Counted from the first letter of the stretch, positions 47,601-58,864 are shown. The stretch: 64,000 nucleotides of DNA from an uncultured virus (IMG/VR IMGVR_UViG_3300023116_006877) (IMGVR_UViG_3300023116_006877); one strand, 5' to 3'. Program-made: numbers and translations. The notes: generated from the sequence alone by a model not told the origin.

Positions 47601-50600
47601 TTCAACAGGTGATGTTATCAAAATAAAAGATTACACTGATACAACAGGAAGTTTTATACCTCCAACACCGACAAAACTTGGAATGTATCCAAAATACAAA
47701 CCAGAGATCATACAAGATAACACATATATTGAAACAAAAAATGTGATAGTGGGACATGATGGTTCAAAAACTATTGCTTATAATGATTACAGAGATGATA
47801 TTTTGCTAGAACTAGAAAAAAGAATATACAATAATTGCAAAATAAATCACAATAATAATTTACTTAAAGAAACAGATGTAAGGCCTTCAGCCTTTATGTC
47901 AACTAGTGAATATACCACAAAAGAAATTGATGATATCATGAGCAGAGATTTTTTTGCTTGGGCAGGTAAAAATTCAGTTGATTATCAAAAAAATAATTTT
48001 TACGACAATTCAAATCAATTTACATGGAATTACAGTCAGTCGAAAGATACAATCAATGAACAATTCCTTCCAGGACACTGGAGAGGTATTTTCAAACTAT
48101 TTTATGACACAGATAGACCACATATTGCTCCATGGGAAATGTTGGGTTACAGTGAAAAACCTACGTGGTGGGAAGAAACATATGGACCAGCACCATATAC
48201 ATCAGGAAATACATTGCTGTGGACCGACCTAGCAAACGGGTTTGACAATTCGAACAATTCCGCGAATGCTCGATTTATTAGATCTAACTTGTTAAATTAT
48301 CTACCGGTCGATGATACTGGAGCATTAAAATCTCCAGTCGCTATAGGATTAGTTTCTGAGTATACCTACAACGGAACAACTTCCAAATGGAAATTTGGTG
48401 ACCAGGCACCTGGAGAAACAGCATGGAGAAGAAGTTCTCAGTATCCTTTCTCTATTATAAAAATGTTGGCATTGACAAAACCTGCTAAATTTTTTGGAAA
48501 TTATTTAGACAACAGTAGATTAATCGCCACAGTGGAAGGTAATTTATATAATTCCGAAACAGAAACAATCCAAACTCTTAAAAATGTAAAATATCATTTA
48601 GAAACAATTACAGATACGATAACTGGAACCACGACAAGATATAGCACGGCTGGTTATCAACCTCTTGTCGTAAACTATTTGATTAGTCAAAATTTAGACC
48701 CTGCAAAGTTCTTTTATGATAAAATGAAAAACTTAAATGTTCAGTTAGGATACAAACTAGGAGGATTCACTGACAAAGATAATTTAAAAATATTGACAGA
48801 CAGTATAAGTCCAGGATCAACTGCGGGGTCTCAGTTTATACCTGAGGAAAACTATAAACTCTTGTTTAGATCCAGTAATCCGGTAGAGTCCTATGATTAT
48901 TCAGGCGTTCTTGTGGAACTCAATAGTGCAACAGGCATTGACGGAAGCACACTTGAAGGGGGGTATAAAGTTATAGGTTACAATACTGCCAAACCGTACT
49001 TCGATGTTTTTCTTCCGGTAAAAAATGGCAAAAAATATTTATTATCGTCTGAAAATGAACAAGTGGTTGCCTATCAGATATTCGATAATAAGAAAACTAT
49101 TATACCTTATGGAACAGTGTTCAAAAACAAACAAGAAGTTGTTGATTTTTTATTAGGATATGGAAAATATTTAGAGTCTCGAGGATTTATTTTTGATAAG
49201 TTTTCAAATGAATTAAAAGAGATATCCAATTGGGAATTATCGGCAAAAGAATTTTTATATTGGACCACGCAAGGATGGGCACCCGGTTCTGCCATCACAT
49301 TAAGTCCGGGAGCAGACGGTTTCAGCCTCGAAACCAACAACAGCGTAATCAACAAATTAAACGACACCACTGGAGAATACAGTGTATTGAATTCTGCTGG
49401 TAAGAAAATACCAAAATCATTTATCAGTACAAAACGTATAGGTAACACATTTGAAATGTCAACAAAAGGAACGTTAGATGGAATATACAATGTGTCTATG
49501 AATGCTGTTCAGAAAGAACACATACTGTTATTTGATAACATTACAGTATTTTCTGATATAATTTTTCAACTACAAACAGGTTTCCGACAACAGCGTTTAA
49601 AATTAATTGGTTGGAAAACAGCCAATTGGAATGGAGATTATTACGCACCGGGGTTTGTTTTTGATGAGGCCTATGTAAGTATGTGGACAGCAAATACCGA
49701 TTATCAAATCGGAGACACTGTCGAGTACAATGCAGGCTTCTATGTTGCCAAGAGCAATCATAATGCAGGTAATGAATTCACAGCAGAGTATTGGATCAAA
49801 AAAGATGAAAAACCTGCTCCACAATTAATTCCCAACTTTGATTATAAAATTTCTCAATTTAATGACTTCTATAATTTGGAAACAAACAATTTTGATGAGT
49901 CACAACAGGGATTGGCACAACACTTAATAGGATATCAATCAAGAACGTATCTAGACAATCTATTCACAAACGATATCTCACAATATAAATTTTATCAAGG
50001 GTTCATCAAAGAAAAAGGTACACAAAACGCAATCAATAAATTAACAAAGGCGAAGTTTTATGATGAAAATATTGATCTAAATGTGTATCCGGAATGGATG
50101 ATCAAGTCTGGAGAATTTGGTAATCTTAATGCGACACAAAGTTTGCAGATCTCAATGCCACAAAATACATTTAAAAATAACATACAAAGTATAGAGTTCA
50201 CAAATAACAGTTTAGAAAACCTGAACTGGACTAAATCTGCCAGAGTAAATAGAAATGAGTTTTATTCTACTCCTATAGAGTACGAGGTAGCAAACACATT
50301 TGATTATTTCGATTACAATCAAGAAGGTTACGACAGAAAAACAGTACAAAAATTTCCAGTTGCAGGATTTCCTAGATTGTCCGATGTGCAACATACTGCT
50401 TTTAGCATAAACGATCTTTTTAATCTGGATATAACACAAATCAACAACAATGATTTGGTTTGGATAGCGAAAAAACAAAACAACGATTGGGACGTACAAC
50501 GAATTACTTTCGCAAATCTAAAAATAGTGGCAGTCAGAGCAGTCAATGATAATACAGAATTAGAAATAACGTTTGATAAAACTCATACATTTAGCGTGAA

Positions 50601-53600
50601 TGACATACTGGCCATCAAAAACAGTTCACGTGACACAATGAATGGTATCTATGCTGTGTCCACAATTCCAGCAAATAATAAACTAACTTTTGCATTCGAT
50701 ACTCCTGAACAATTTATATCTACAGATATATTGGCAGACGAATCAACGTTGTCAATTTTTGGACTTGTTTATAAATTTATCAGTGTCAGAATATCAAGCA
50801 TGGATAATGTTAACTCGTTGATCTCTTATGATGAATACAGAGACGATGATGTGACAAACGAACGACCAGGCGACATTGTATTCGTAGACAACGAAAATTC
50901 AAAATGGAAAATATATGAAAAAACTGATCCTTACAGTTCGAATGTTTTATCATCACCGACAGTGTCAGCAAATCAGGAGTTCGGCCACAGAATAGTTTCA
51001 CGTGAAGATGGAAGATATATTGCCGTGTCTGCTCCTCAATCCGGACAAGGTACTGTGAATTTCTTTGTGAGAAGAGAATCAAATTCTACGTCGACATTTA
51101 ATTTAACAAGTAGTTTTACAACGACACAAGGTGCAGATAATACCACAAGGCTGGGTGATAGTTTAACTATGAGTTCTGATGAGAACTTTGTTGTCGCAGG
51201 TGCACCACAAGCCAATATTAGACACATAAGTGACAGTAGCATTTATAATGATGCTGGATTAATATCAATTTATAATTGGAACACAACAACAAAAGTATAC
51301 GAAGAACAATTAACGATAACACCGGAGCAAGAAGGTAGTACCAGCATTGCCAATTGGAATTTTGGTTGGGCAACAGCATTGGCAGAACCGATAGAAAATT
51401 CTACGTTATCAACAACTCCTAAATATCTTTTTGTAACTGTTCCAGGGCATGACCTTGACACAGGATCAGTATTTTTATATAAATGGCAAAACACAGATGA
51501 CAGCACCTCATGGACATTAACAACAACATTGACCAGTACAGATGCCGATGCAGGCCAAAGATTTGGACACAGTATTGCGGTAAACGACAATGCCGACATA
51601 ATTGCTATAGGATCTAAAAATCCAGAAACTGCAGGTAAAGTTGAAATATTCAAAAGAACTTCAGAAAATACATTTATTCATAGACAAACATTGACAGGAG
51701 TCAGTGCTGACGGTAGCAGTAATGATACTCAATTTGGAGATTCGTTGGAGATGAGCAGTGACGGGACTACTTTGATTGTGTCGGCTCCCGGCATAGACGA
51801 TGGTGTTGTGGCAAACACAGGCGCAGTTTATTATTATAAATGGAACGATCAGTCGTCATCAGAAACTTATACTTTAAAACAAACCATTAAATTGCCTAAC
51901 ACAGGTATAAACAATGTGAGTTTTGGATCAACTGTTAAAATCAATAAAACAGGTGACCGATTATTGATTGGTGCTGAAAGTTTTAGTACACCTACTGAAA
52001 TGAAATTTGATTTTGGTGCAACTACATTTGATTTACAGGACACGGCCATCGTTGAAAAGAATAGATCATCCGGAGCAACATTTACGGCAACAAAATATGA
52101 TTCGGAATTTGTTATTGATGATAAATTAACGACCACAACATTGAGCAGTGATGATCGTTTTGGCAGTGGATTGGTCATAAACGACAATGTAATTTTGGTT
52201 GGATCTTCTCATGATGATGCATTATCGACAGATGGTTCAACGGTACAAGTTGATAGAGGTACAGTAACAGTTTACGATTATAAAACCAAGGGATCTTACG
52301 CTTGGAAAGTTTTAGAAACAGAAAGCACACTCATAGATAATAGAAAAATACAATCGTCTTTTATTTTTGATAGTTCCACAAACAAAATAATTGATTATTT
52401 GAATTACTATGATCCGGTAAAAGGCAGAATTCTAGGTGTCGCCGACAGAGAAATAAATTTCAAATCTGAATGGGATCCAGCAACATATAATATTGAATCA
52501 ACAGAACAATTGATTAGTGTTGATAGGAAACAAGCATGGGGAGAAGAACACATAGGCGAAGTATGGTGGGATTTATCTAAAGTAAGATGGATATGGTACG
52601 AGCAAGGTAGCCAGGAATATAAATCTAAAAACTGGGGAAGAATGTTTCCGAACAGCAGTATTGATATTTACGAATGGGTAGAGTCAACATTGTTACCATC
52701 GGAATGGTCTGTAAGAGCAGACACACCAGCAGGCTTGGCATTGGGCATATCAGGACAGCCTTTAGATAACAATGACCAGCGTGTGACTTTGAAACAAAAA
52801 TACAATCCTCAGTCAGAAACTTTTGTGAACTATTATTATTATTGGGTAAGGAATTCGGTATTTTTACCAGAGTTAAACAAACAGGTCACGGAAAGAAAAA
52901 ATTCAACAGCATATATTTCGAGAGTCATAGCAGATCCTTTATCATCTGGAATAAAATATTTTGGAATAACTTCTTCCAACTCGTTGGTTACTTTGAACGT
53001 AAAAAACAGTCTGGTACTTAATAACACAGTCTTGAACATTAATTATAAAAATAATTTAAATGATGGAGACAATCACACGGTATGGAAATTATTTAAAGAG
53101 GGAGATAAATTAGATAGACCAACAGAGGAAATTGAAAGAAAATGGTGGGATAGTTTAACAGGATCTGATATCTATGGAAACCAAATTCCTGATCTATCGT
53201 TACCTTTGAGTCAGAGATACGGAAATTCTATAAGACCTAGACAAAGTTGGTATGTCAACAGATTAAATGCTGTGCAGGAAATAATACAATATACAAATTC
53301 AATATTAACACAATATCAAATTGCCAACAGTATCAATTATAAAAATCTAGATTCGCAAGATCCGGAACCTACTAGTACTTCGGGAGAATGGGATACGGCA
53401 GTCGATACATATGCAGATTTAACTTACATCAATACCAATGACATCAGCGGAGTATTGAATGTGTTGGTAAGAAGCGATGAAGTCAACAGTAAAAATCTTT
53501 GGGCGGTTTATCAATGGTCGGGAACTGAGTGGAACAGAAACAAAGTTCAAACTTATAAAACAAGCAACTATTACAGTTATGTAGATTGGTATGCTTCTGG

Positions 53601-56600
53601 TTATTCGGTTGATAGCATTATTGATCAAACTGTCACGTATCAATATCAATTAGACACTCTATCGGTAGATGTGGGAAAAATTATTAAAGTCACTCTAGCA
53701 GATACCGGAGGATGGAAACTTTTTGTAAAAACAAATACAGGATGGGATAATATCGCCACCCAAAACGGAACAATACAATTTTCTAGAGCTCTGTATGACT
53801 ACACAGTTGAAGCATCGGGATTTGCTGGTTTGGACACATATGATGGAAACTTCTTTGACGATGAACCAACAATAGAATTAAGAAAAATATTACAGGCATT
53901 GAGAGATGATATTTTCATAGGTGATTTATTAGTTGAGTACAATAACATATTTTTTATAGGTTTAAGAAAAGTTTTAGAAGAACAAATATATGTTGATTGG
54001 TTGGCAAAAACATCATTTATAAATGTAACTAACTTTTTAAGACCGTTAGATCAAAGAAAAACTTACAAAATTGGAACAGAGAATTATGTGGAATCATACA
54101 TCAATGAAGTCAAACCTTTCCACACAAAAATTCGAGAATATAAATTGGGTTACACAAAGTTAGACACACAACAAGGAACAAATACCGACTTTGATTTACC
54201 AGCAATTTATGATGGTTCTGTCATAAGAAACTTATCATTGACAAATGAAGCAGATCTGACATTGTTAAATTCTTATCCATACAACGAATGGAAAAACAAT
54301 TATAAAAAATATGTCAGTTCTATAAGAGTTATCAATGGCGGTTCGGGTTATATAACTGCCCCAACAATCACATTGGTGGGCGGCGCGACAACAACCACAG
54401 GACCTTTCCAAGTGAACGGATTGAGCCTGTCAGGACCAACATCAGGAACATCAGGATATTTCTATCCGGCCTATACCGCGGTGGCAGATGCCAATCTAGC
54501 AGACTCACAATCGGGTGGCACAGGATTAAGTGATGAATTTACATTCCAGGAATACCCAGGTATAAAATTTTACATTCCTCAAACTGGTCGATCGGTTTCA
54601 CAGGCATCAGCGAGTTCTTTATACAACACATATGCGACAGCGGACACACTACAAGCGACTGCTAGGGCAGTCATATCCGGAGGAAAAGTGACAAGGATCG
54701 ATGTTTTAACACCGGGATCAAATTACACAGCAACACCAACAGTGGTGATCACCGGCGGCGGCACGAACAACAACACTCCGTCATCATCAGCAAAAGCATA
54801 TGCAGTATTAAAAAATGATGCAGTGAGAGATATAGAAACAACAATTAAATTTGACAGGGTACAAAGAACAGGAAATGTTTTGATTTGGACCAAGGATACA
54901 AGTTATTCTGTTGGTGATCTATTAAGGTATGAGAATGATTTTTACAAAGTTGAAACAGCCTTTACAAGTTCTATAAAATTTAGCGAAGGATTAAACAACT
55001 TAATAAAACTCAGAGGAGATGAATCATACATCACAGCGGCAGAAAGAACATTAGGTCTATACGCACCACAATCAGGAATGCCAGGAAACGAGTTATCTCA
55101 GGTCATGACAGGAGTGGATTATGGTGGAGTGATGGTCACAGGTTTAGCATTTGACAAATCACAAGGATGGGACGTTGACGACTGGTATAATCAAACCTGG
55201 GACACTTACGGATTGGCACAGAGTGTTAGATTCTACGGTGATGGCAGTACAATCGTATTCAATTTTGAAATGGCACCACAACCAACTGATGTCTACACAG
55301 TGTATTTCACTGACATCAGTGATTCCACAGTGGGAACTGGTTCTATTATTGCTCAAGCAAATAAAAAACGTGTGAGACAATTCAAGACAGTGATCAGAGG
55401 TGATGGTTCAACAACATCATTTACAATTAGAGGCGATGACGGCTTGCCAGCAAGTGCAGATACTTTGATCGAGTTGATTCCTTTTGATTCGGATGGAGTG
55501 TTAACTCCCACAGACGATGACACATTAGACAGCATAGTGTCAGGCGGAAATTTAAAATCGGTATTGGGCCAATCGCCTAGTGACATAATCCTAGAAGGCG
55601 ATGCTTTCATAACTCCGGAAACCAGTTACGCACCAGAAGAAAATTTACCAGGTAGTATTTTTGATACAGTAGACATCAAAGTTTACACAGCACCAGAATC
55701 AGGTGTGCCTTTTGTGATGCAAAAAAATTACATCGCGAACGGAACAACAGACACATTCGATATAGGACAATATCCGGGTACACAAGATTCGGTTATAGTA
55801 TCTATAAACGGTGTGGTAAAAAGACTTGGAACGGATTACACAGTTGACGTGGGAAACAAAACAATAACTTTAAATTCAACACCCAACAATGGTGAAACGA
55901 TCAGTATCAGAAGTTTTGCTATTTCTGGAGTGAACTACATGGTGCTGGACACTTTCACTGGTGACGGATCAACATCTAGTTTTTCAACATCAACAAGAAA
56001 TGATTTCGAATCCAAAGAAATACAATATAATACGTCACACACAGGTGACGGTAGCACAAAAGTTTTCGCAACAAGTCCAGACGTCAGTGCACCACAATAT
56101 GCCAGTGATTTGACAATTTTCATAGATGGTGTGATATTAGATAGAGTCAACGGAGCCACAATAAATTACACAGTTGATGGAACAACATCGTTTGTTACAC
56201 TAAAAGACGCACCGTCTGATGGTGCCAGCATCATCATACGACAATCAGTCAGTGCAACGACCAGCCAGTTATATGTTACGATAGACGGAACACCAACAAC
56301 AAATTTCACTACAACTGTTAATAATAAATTGATAACAGTTGATTTACATAGTGGTGATGGATCAACAGCAAATCCACCTGCATCTGGAAAATTGGTACAG
56401 ATAGCGTCATTCAACAAACCATCAACATCGGGTAGAGCATATTACGAATTACGAACACAGTCATTGACATATGACGGAAGCACAGTGAGACTTGGATTGA
56501 CTTATCCACCAGGGGCAGTAGGACCTTATGACAGTTTGACAATGGTGGAGTTAGACGGAAAAATATTGAGAGGTCCGGATAACAGATATTACATAGGAGA

Positions 56601-58854
56601 TGGGTCGACATCGAATTTTTCTTACAGAGGATTTTCTACAAGTGGATTGTCAGTAAGTTCTTCTGGTTATGAAACAGTTTCAACAGGATCAAAAGAAAAT
56701 ATCAGTACTTTACAAACAGTAGTGGATTCCATACCAACATCAACTTACGATGGTGCTTGGTATCTGACAGTGAATAAAAATATAGTTTCCGGTGATTACG
56801 AAACATCAGTGATGTCCGTCACACACAACGGCACAATCGCAGTAATATCAGATGCGTTCAGAGTCAACACTGGATCCAGCAGTCATACAACATACAGCAC
56901 TGGCATCAATGGATCGAATTTAGAAGTCTACGGAACAGGTAGTAGTGATTCGAACACTTCGTCGTTCATTCGTATAGGATTAGGTACCAGCACATCATCA
57001 TCGGCGTTGGGTACAGAATCCACGATCACTGGATCAACCACTGATAGTTCTACAATAACATTTGACAGTTGGAATAAAAGCACATACAGAGGAGCAAAAT
57101 ATTTCATATCAGTTAAAAATTCTAGTAAATCTGAATATTCTAACTTGGAAGTATTAGCAGTTCATAATGACGTTGATGCTTTTGTTAGTGAGTTTAATAA
57201 CGTGAATACAGGTAGTAATGATCTTGTCAGCGTTGATGCAGACATTTCAGGAACCGACGTGAGATTGCGAGTTACAGGACACGAACCTGGTTTAGAGATT
57301 CGTGCTTATAGAATATTATTGAAACATGATGAAATATCAGATGGTACCAACAATCGTGGATCTGTTGTTATTGGATCTGCAGAACAAACTATTGATAGTT
57401 TCTTGATTACTAATTACTATGCTGGATTTTATGTGATTGTTAGTAAAAATACCGACACAGGAGAATCATCGATTCATCAAGTCAATTTGATACACAACGG
57501 AAGTACTAATGTTTATTTGAATGCTGATCCTTCAATAACAACAAGTGGCGGAACAAATCAGTTAAACTTTTCATCCAGCATTACCGGAAACACATTATCT
57601 TTGAAAGCATCATCAAATGCGGGTTCGAACACTTCTGTAAGTGTTTATAGATTTGGAGTATTAATATCTCCTTCAACGTCATCGATTAATGATTTAACAA
57701 AAATCAAAGTTTACGTAAATGGCAGACAAAAAGTACTATATTCGGATTATAGAATAAACACTGCCACACAGAGTGTAGAAATGTTATCAGTTCCGTTATC
57801 GACAGATAGTATAGCCATCACAACCTTGATAGGTAATCATTATTACAACGAAGGATCTGACATAATACTAGATCCTACACAAATCGCAACCGACGGGTTA
57901 TCATTAACACAAAATAGTACTCTGACAGTCACGACATTTAACAATGCCTTGGGAGCAACTCAACAGAGAGAAGTTTTTGAAGGAGTATACTCCGGCGAGT
58001 TTTATTTAGAAAATACTCCCACAAAGAGTGATTATGTTTTTGTTTGGTTAAATGGCGAGACCTTGGTAGCAGGACATGATTATCTAGTGGAAGGAAATAG
58101 GATTAAGATTTATTCAAGAAACATACTACTCACAGACAGGATAGATGTGATGTACTTCAAGGCAGTTTCGGCGATCAATGCTGTTGGCTATAGAATTTTT
58201 AAAGATATGTTGAATAGAACGTTCTACAAAAGAATAAGTCAAACACACACGACAAAACTGTCGTTACCATTAGATATTGGTGATGAAACCATAACAGTTG
58301 AGGAAGGTAGCAGGTTGAATCCGGTCGATGGTAGTACATTGAAACCGGGAGTGGTGTTCATAGACAAAGAAAGAATTGAATATTTTTACAAGAATGGAAA
58401 TGTATTAGGAAATTTACGTAGAGGAACACTCGGAACAGGAATTAAGGCACATGCCTCCGGCGCAAAAGTGGTAGACGCAGGAGCCCAACAAACGGTGCCT
58501 TATGCTGATGCTATACACATCAAAACATACACAGGTGACGGTAGCACAGTTACATTTACCACAACATATGCACCATCTTCTGCCAGCGAATTAGACATAT
58601 TCATTGGTGGTCAACGATTGTTAATCACTGGCGAAGATGGTAGCACAACTAATTACACTGTGGACGGATCAACAGCATCAGTGACTTTATCGTCAGCACC
58701 TGCATCTGGAACACAGGTAAAAATATTACAAAAACGTGGTCAAGTATGGTATGCACAGGGCGAAAACTCTGCTTCTGATGGAACAGGTTTACAAAATGCT
58801 ACAACAATACAGGCTAAATTCATAGACGGAGAACCAACAAATGCACCTGAATAA
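44659..58854 (+). CDS. Giant multidomain baseplate/virion protein (4731 aa; gp7 position)
   Basis: Follows gp6; KGTQNAI and EVKPFHTK motifs, FG-GAP-like repeats, cupredoxin-like and CBM-like segments, GDGST modules. Confidence 0.7.
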   Translation: MADSPINSVKNSEVVVDKQGISYRRSIAHLPAFYRTDTNHRFLSSTVDQLIQPGKLERLDGFIGRDYSYTREATDSYIEASSNDRQNYQLEPTVTYTDKDTSSINPEDQVKFTGTYDDYINQIKYLGGNTSDHSRLNSEDVYAWNPAIDYDKLINYREYYWLPEGPNPITISTTGPNAVIDLIVSRNGKSGFVFQNLSNTELNPTITLYKGNTYKFHVDNPGHPFYIMTEPFKGGISVDGSTSLLYNNGVGNNGIDAGTLTFTIPSNAPDILHYQCGNHSAMHGIIKIQAVEETTKIDPEKEIIGTKNYTTHSNVKLSNGMKIKFGSNVIDTTLKPYANREFYVEGVGQSITLTDTTDLLPTGSYSSEVTELYDEVAYADRPYAVSFFRAETPDYITIKRSSIDGNSWSRYNRWFHKSVIEETATALGYTASLDQDSRAKRPIIEFDSGLILYNHGTKAKKSVSLVDTVTTDVFSEIVNKLGYVIDGVEIQEGMRILIANDKDPLINNKIYKVSFVKVQGQDVTSLNLTEDSDTNPIDGEAVTAEYGRNHQGKTFFYSSSTKKWQTGQNKTKLNQSPLFDLYDSNHVSFSNTTTYPNSTFSGATLFSYKTSDSAVLDSVLGLKVKYKTINNVGDILFTSDLATNSFDYNINNTIYTKSFKTGHTHVQNEYNKHRSQTNWKKLKAKSKQRVVRTFVVTPEEKVFFPIDFYKNSNSLVDLEVTVSVNNNVKKITSDFTLVNGTTNKYIKFNNALNVNDIVLVHASSSAKKIDGKGLYEIPENISINPLNEQISDFTYGQILYHLNDINEKNNEIIGQTPGSSNLRDLPGFRALGGSIIQHQSPLPQAVFSLIDENSNAIRAIEYCSREYQSFKENFLTFNVGTTYNQNAADRVDEILKGMAGEKNNSFPFFYEDMVGYGANVSTRTYTVNDPTIVDYAIDSLFDISKTSNRAVYLYKNDTQLLVGTDYTFSTTDDSVKILTTLSTGDVIKIKDYTDTTGSFIPPTPTKLGMYPKYKPEIIQDNTYIETKNVIVGHDGSKTIAYNDYRDDILLELEKRIYNNCKINHNNNLLKETDVRPSAFMSTSEYTTKEIDDIMSRDFFAWAGKNSVDYQKNNFYDNSNQFTWNYSQSKDTINEQFLPGHWRGIFKLFYDTDRPHIAPWEMLGYSEKPTWWEETYGPAPYTSGNTLLWTDLANGFDNSNNSANARFIRSNLLNYLPVDDTGALKSPVAIGLVSEYTYNGTTSKWKFGDQAPGETAWRRSSQYPFSIIKMLALTKPAKFFGNYLDNSRLIATVEGNLYNSETETIQTLKNVKYHLETITDTITGTTTRYSTAGYQPLVVNYLISQNLDPAKFFYDKMKNLNVQLGYKLGGFTDKDNLKILTDSISPGSTAGSQFIPEENYKLLFRSSNPVESYDYSGVLVELNSATGIDGSTLEGGYKVIGYNTAKPYFDVFLPVKNGKKYLLSSENEQVVAYQIFDNKKTIIPYGTVFKNKQEVVDFLLGYGKYLESRGFIFDKFSNELKEISNWELSAKEFLYWTTQGWAPGSAITLSPGADGFSLETNNSVINKLNDTTGEYSVLNSAGKKIPKSFISTKRIGNTFEMSTKGTLDGIYNVSMNAVQKEHILLFDNITVFSDIIFQLQTGFRQQRLKLIGWKTANWNGDYYAPGFVFDEAYVSMWTANTDYQIGDTVEYNAGFYVAKSNHNAGNEFTAEYWIKKDEKPAPQLIPNFDYKISQFNDFYNLETNNFDESQQGLAQHLIGYQSRTYLDNLFTNDISQYKFYQGFIKEKGTQNAINKLTKAKFYDENIDLNVYPEWMIKSGEFGNLNATQSLQISMPQNTFKNNIQSIEFTNNSLENLNWTKSARVNRNEFYSTPIEYEVANTFDYFDYNQEGYDRKTVQKFPVAGFPRLSDVQHTAFSINDLFNLDITQINNNDLVWIAKKQNNDWDVQRITFANLKIVAVRAVNDNTELEITFDKTHTFSVNDILAIKNSSRDTMNGIYAVSTIPANNKLTFAFDTPEQFISTDILADESTLSIFGLVYKFISVRISSMDNVNSLISYDEYRDDDVTNERPGDIVFVDNENSKWKIYEKTDPYSSNVLSSPTVSANQEFGHRIVSREDGRYIAVSAPQSGQGTVNFFVRRESNSTSTFNLTSSFTTTQGADNTTRLGDSLTMSSDENFVVAGAPQANIRHISDSSIYNDAGLISIYNWNTTTKVYEEQLTITPEQEGSTSIANWNFGWATALAEPIENSTLSTTPKYLFVTVPGHDLDTGSVFLYKWQNTDDSTSWTLTTTLTSTDADAGQRFGHSIAVNDNADIIAIGSKNPETAGKVEIFKRTSENTFIHRQTLTGVSADGSSNDTQFGDSLEMSSDGTTLIVSAPGIDDGVVANTGAVYYYKWNDQSSSETYTLKQTIKLPNTGINNVSFGSTVKINKTGDRLLIGAESFSTPTEMKFDFGATTFDLQDTAIVEKNRSSGATFTATKYDSEFVIDDKLTTTTLSSDDRFGSGLVINDNVILVGSSHDDALSTDGSTVQVDRGTVTVYDYKTKGSYAWKVLETESTLIDNRKIQSSFIFDSSTNKIIDYLNYYDPVKGRILGVADREINFKSEWDPATYNIESTEQLISVDRKQAWGEEHIGEVWWDLSKVRWIWYEQGSQEYKSKNWGRMFPNSSIDIYEWVESTLLPSEWSVRADTPAGLALGISGQPLDNNDQRVTLKQKYNPQSETFVNYYYYWVRNSVFLPELNKQVTERKNSTAYISRVIADPLSSGIKYFGITSSNSLVTLNVKNSLVLNNTVLNINYKNNLNDGDNHTVWKLFKEGDKLDRPTEEIERKWWDSLTGSDIYGNQIPDLSLPLSQRYGNSIRPRQSWYVNRLNAVQEIIQYTNSILTQYQIANSINYKNLDSQDPEPTSTSGEWDTAVDTYADLTYINTNDISGVLNVLVRSDEVNSKNLWAVYQWSGTEWNRNKVQTYKTSNYYSYVDWYASGYSVDSIIDQTVTYQYQLDTLSVDVGKIIKVTLADTGGWKLFVKTNTGWDNIATQNGTIQFSRALYDYTVEASGFAGLDTYDGNFFDDEPTIELRKILQALRDDIFIGDLLVEYNNIFFIGLRKVLEEQIYVDWLAKTSFINVTNFLRPLDQRKTYKIGTENYVESYINEVKPFHTKIREYKLGYTKLDTQQGTNTDFDLPAIYDGSVIRNLSLTNEADLTLLNSYPYNEWKNNYKKYVSSIRVINGGSGYITAPTITLVGGATTTTGPFQVNGLSLSGPTSGTSGYFYPAYTAVADANLADSQSGGTGLSDEFTFQEYPGIKFYIPQTGRSVSQASASSLYNTYATADTLQATARAVISGGKVTRIDVLTPGSNYTATPTVVITGGGTNNNTPSSSAKAYAVLKNDAVRDIETTIKFDRVQRTGNVLIWTKDTSYSVGDLLRYENDFYKVETAFTSSIKFSEGLNNLIKLRGDESYITAAERTLGLYAPQSGMPGNELSQVMTGVDYGGVMVTGLAFDKSQGWDVDDWYNQTWDTYGLAQSVRFYGDGSTIVFNFEMAPQPTDVYTVYFTDISDSTVGTGSIIAQANKKRVRQFKTVIRGDGSTTSFTIRGDDGLPASADTLIELIPFDSDGVLTPTDDDTLDSIVSGGNLKSVLGQSPSDIILEGDAFITPETSYAPEENLPGSIFDTVDIKVYTAPESGVPFVMQKNYIANGTTDTFDIGQYPGTQDSVIVSINGVVKRLGTDYTVDVGNKTITLNSTPNNGETISIRSFAISGVNYMVLDTFTGDGSTSSFSTSTRNDFESKEIQYNTSHTGDGSTKVFATSPDVSAPQYASDLTIFIDGVILDRVNGATINYTVDGTTSFVTLKDAPSDGASIIIRQSVSATTSQLYVTIDGTPTTNFTTTVNNKLITVDLHSGDGSTANPPASGKLVQIASFNKPSTSGRAYYELRTQSLTYDGSTVRLGLTYPPGAVGPYDSLTMVELDGKILRGPDNRYYIGDGSTSNFSYRGFSTSGLSVSSSGYETVSTGSKENISTLQTVVDSIPTSTYDGAWYLTVNKNIVSGDYETSVMSVTHNGTIAVISDAFRVNTGSSSHTTYSTGINGSNLEVYGTGSSDSNTSSFIRIGLGTSTSSSALGTESTITGSTTDSSTITFDSWNKSTYRGAKYFISVKNSSKSEYSNLEVLAVHNDVDAFVSEFNNVNTGSNDLVSVDADISGTDVRLRVTGHEPGLEIRAYRILLKHDEISDGTNNRGSVVIGSAEQTIDSFLITNYYAGFYVIVSKNTDTGESSIHQVNLIHNGSTNVYLNADPSITTSGGTNQLNFSSSITGNTLSLKASSNAGSNTSVSVYRFGVLISPSTSSINDLTKIKVYVNGRQKVLYSDYRINTATQSVEMLSVPLSTDSIAITTLIGNHYYNEGSDIILDPTQIATDGLSLTQNSTLTVTTFNNALGATQQREVFEGVYSGEFYLENTPTKSDYVFVWLNGETLVAGHDYLVEGNRIKIYSRNILLTDRIDVMYFKAVSAINAVGYRIFKDMLNRTFYKRISQTHTTKLSLPLDIGDETITVEEGSRLNPVDGSTLKPGVVFIDKERIEYFYKNGNVLGNLRRGTLGTGIKAHASGAKVVDAGAQQTVPYADAIHIKTYTGDGSTVTFTTTYAPSSASELDIFIGGQRLLITGEDGSTTNYTVDGSTASVTLSSAPASGTQVKILQKRGQVWYAQGENSASDGTGLQNATTIQAKFIDGEPTNAPE

Positions 58855-58864
58855 ATACAATAAG

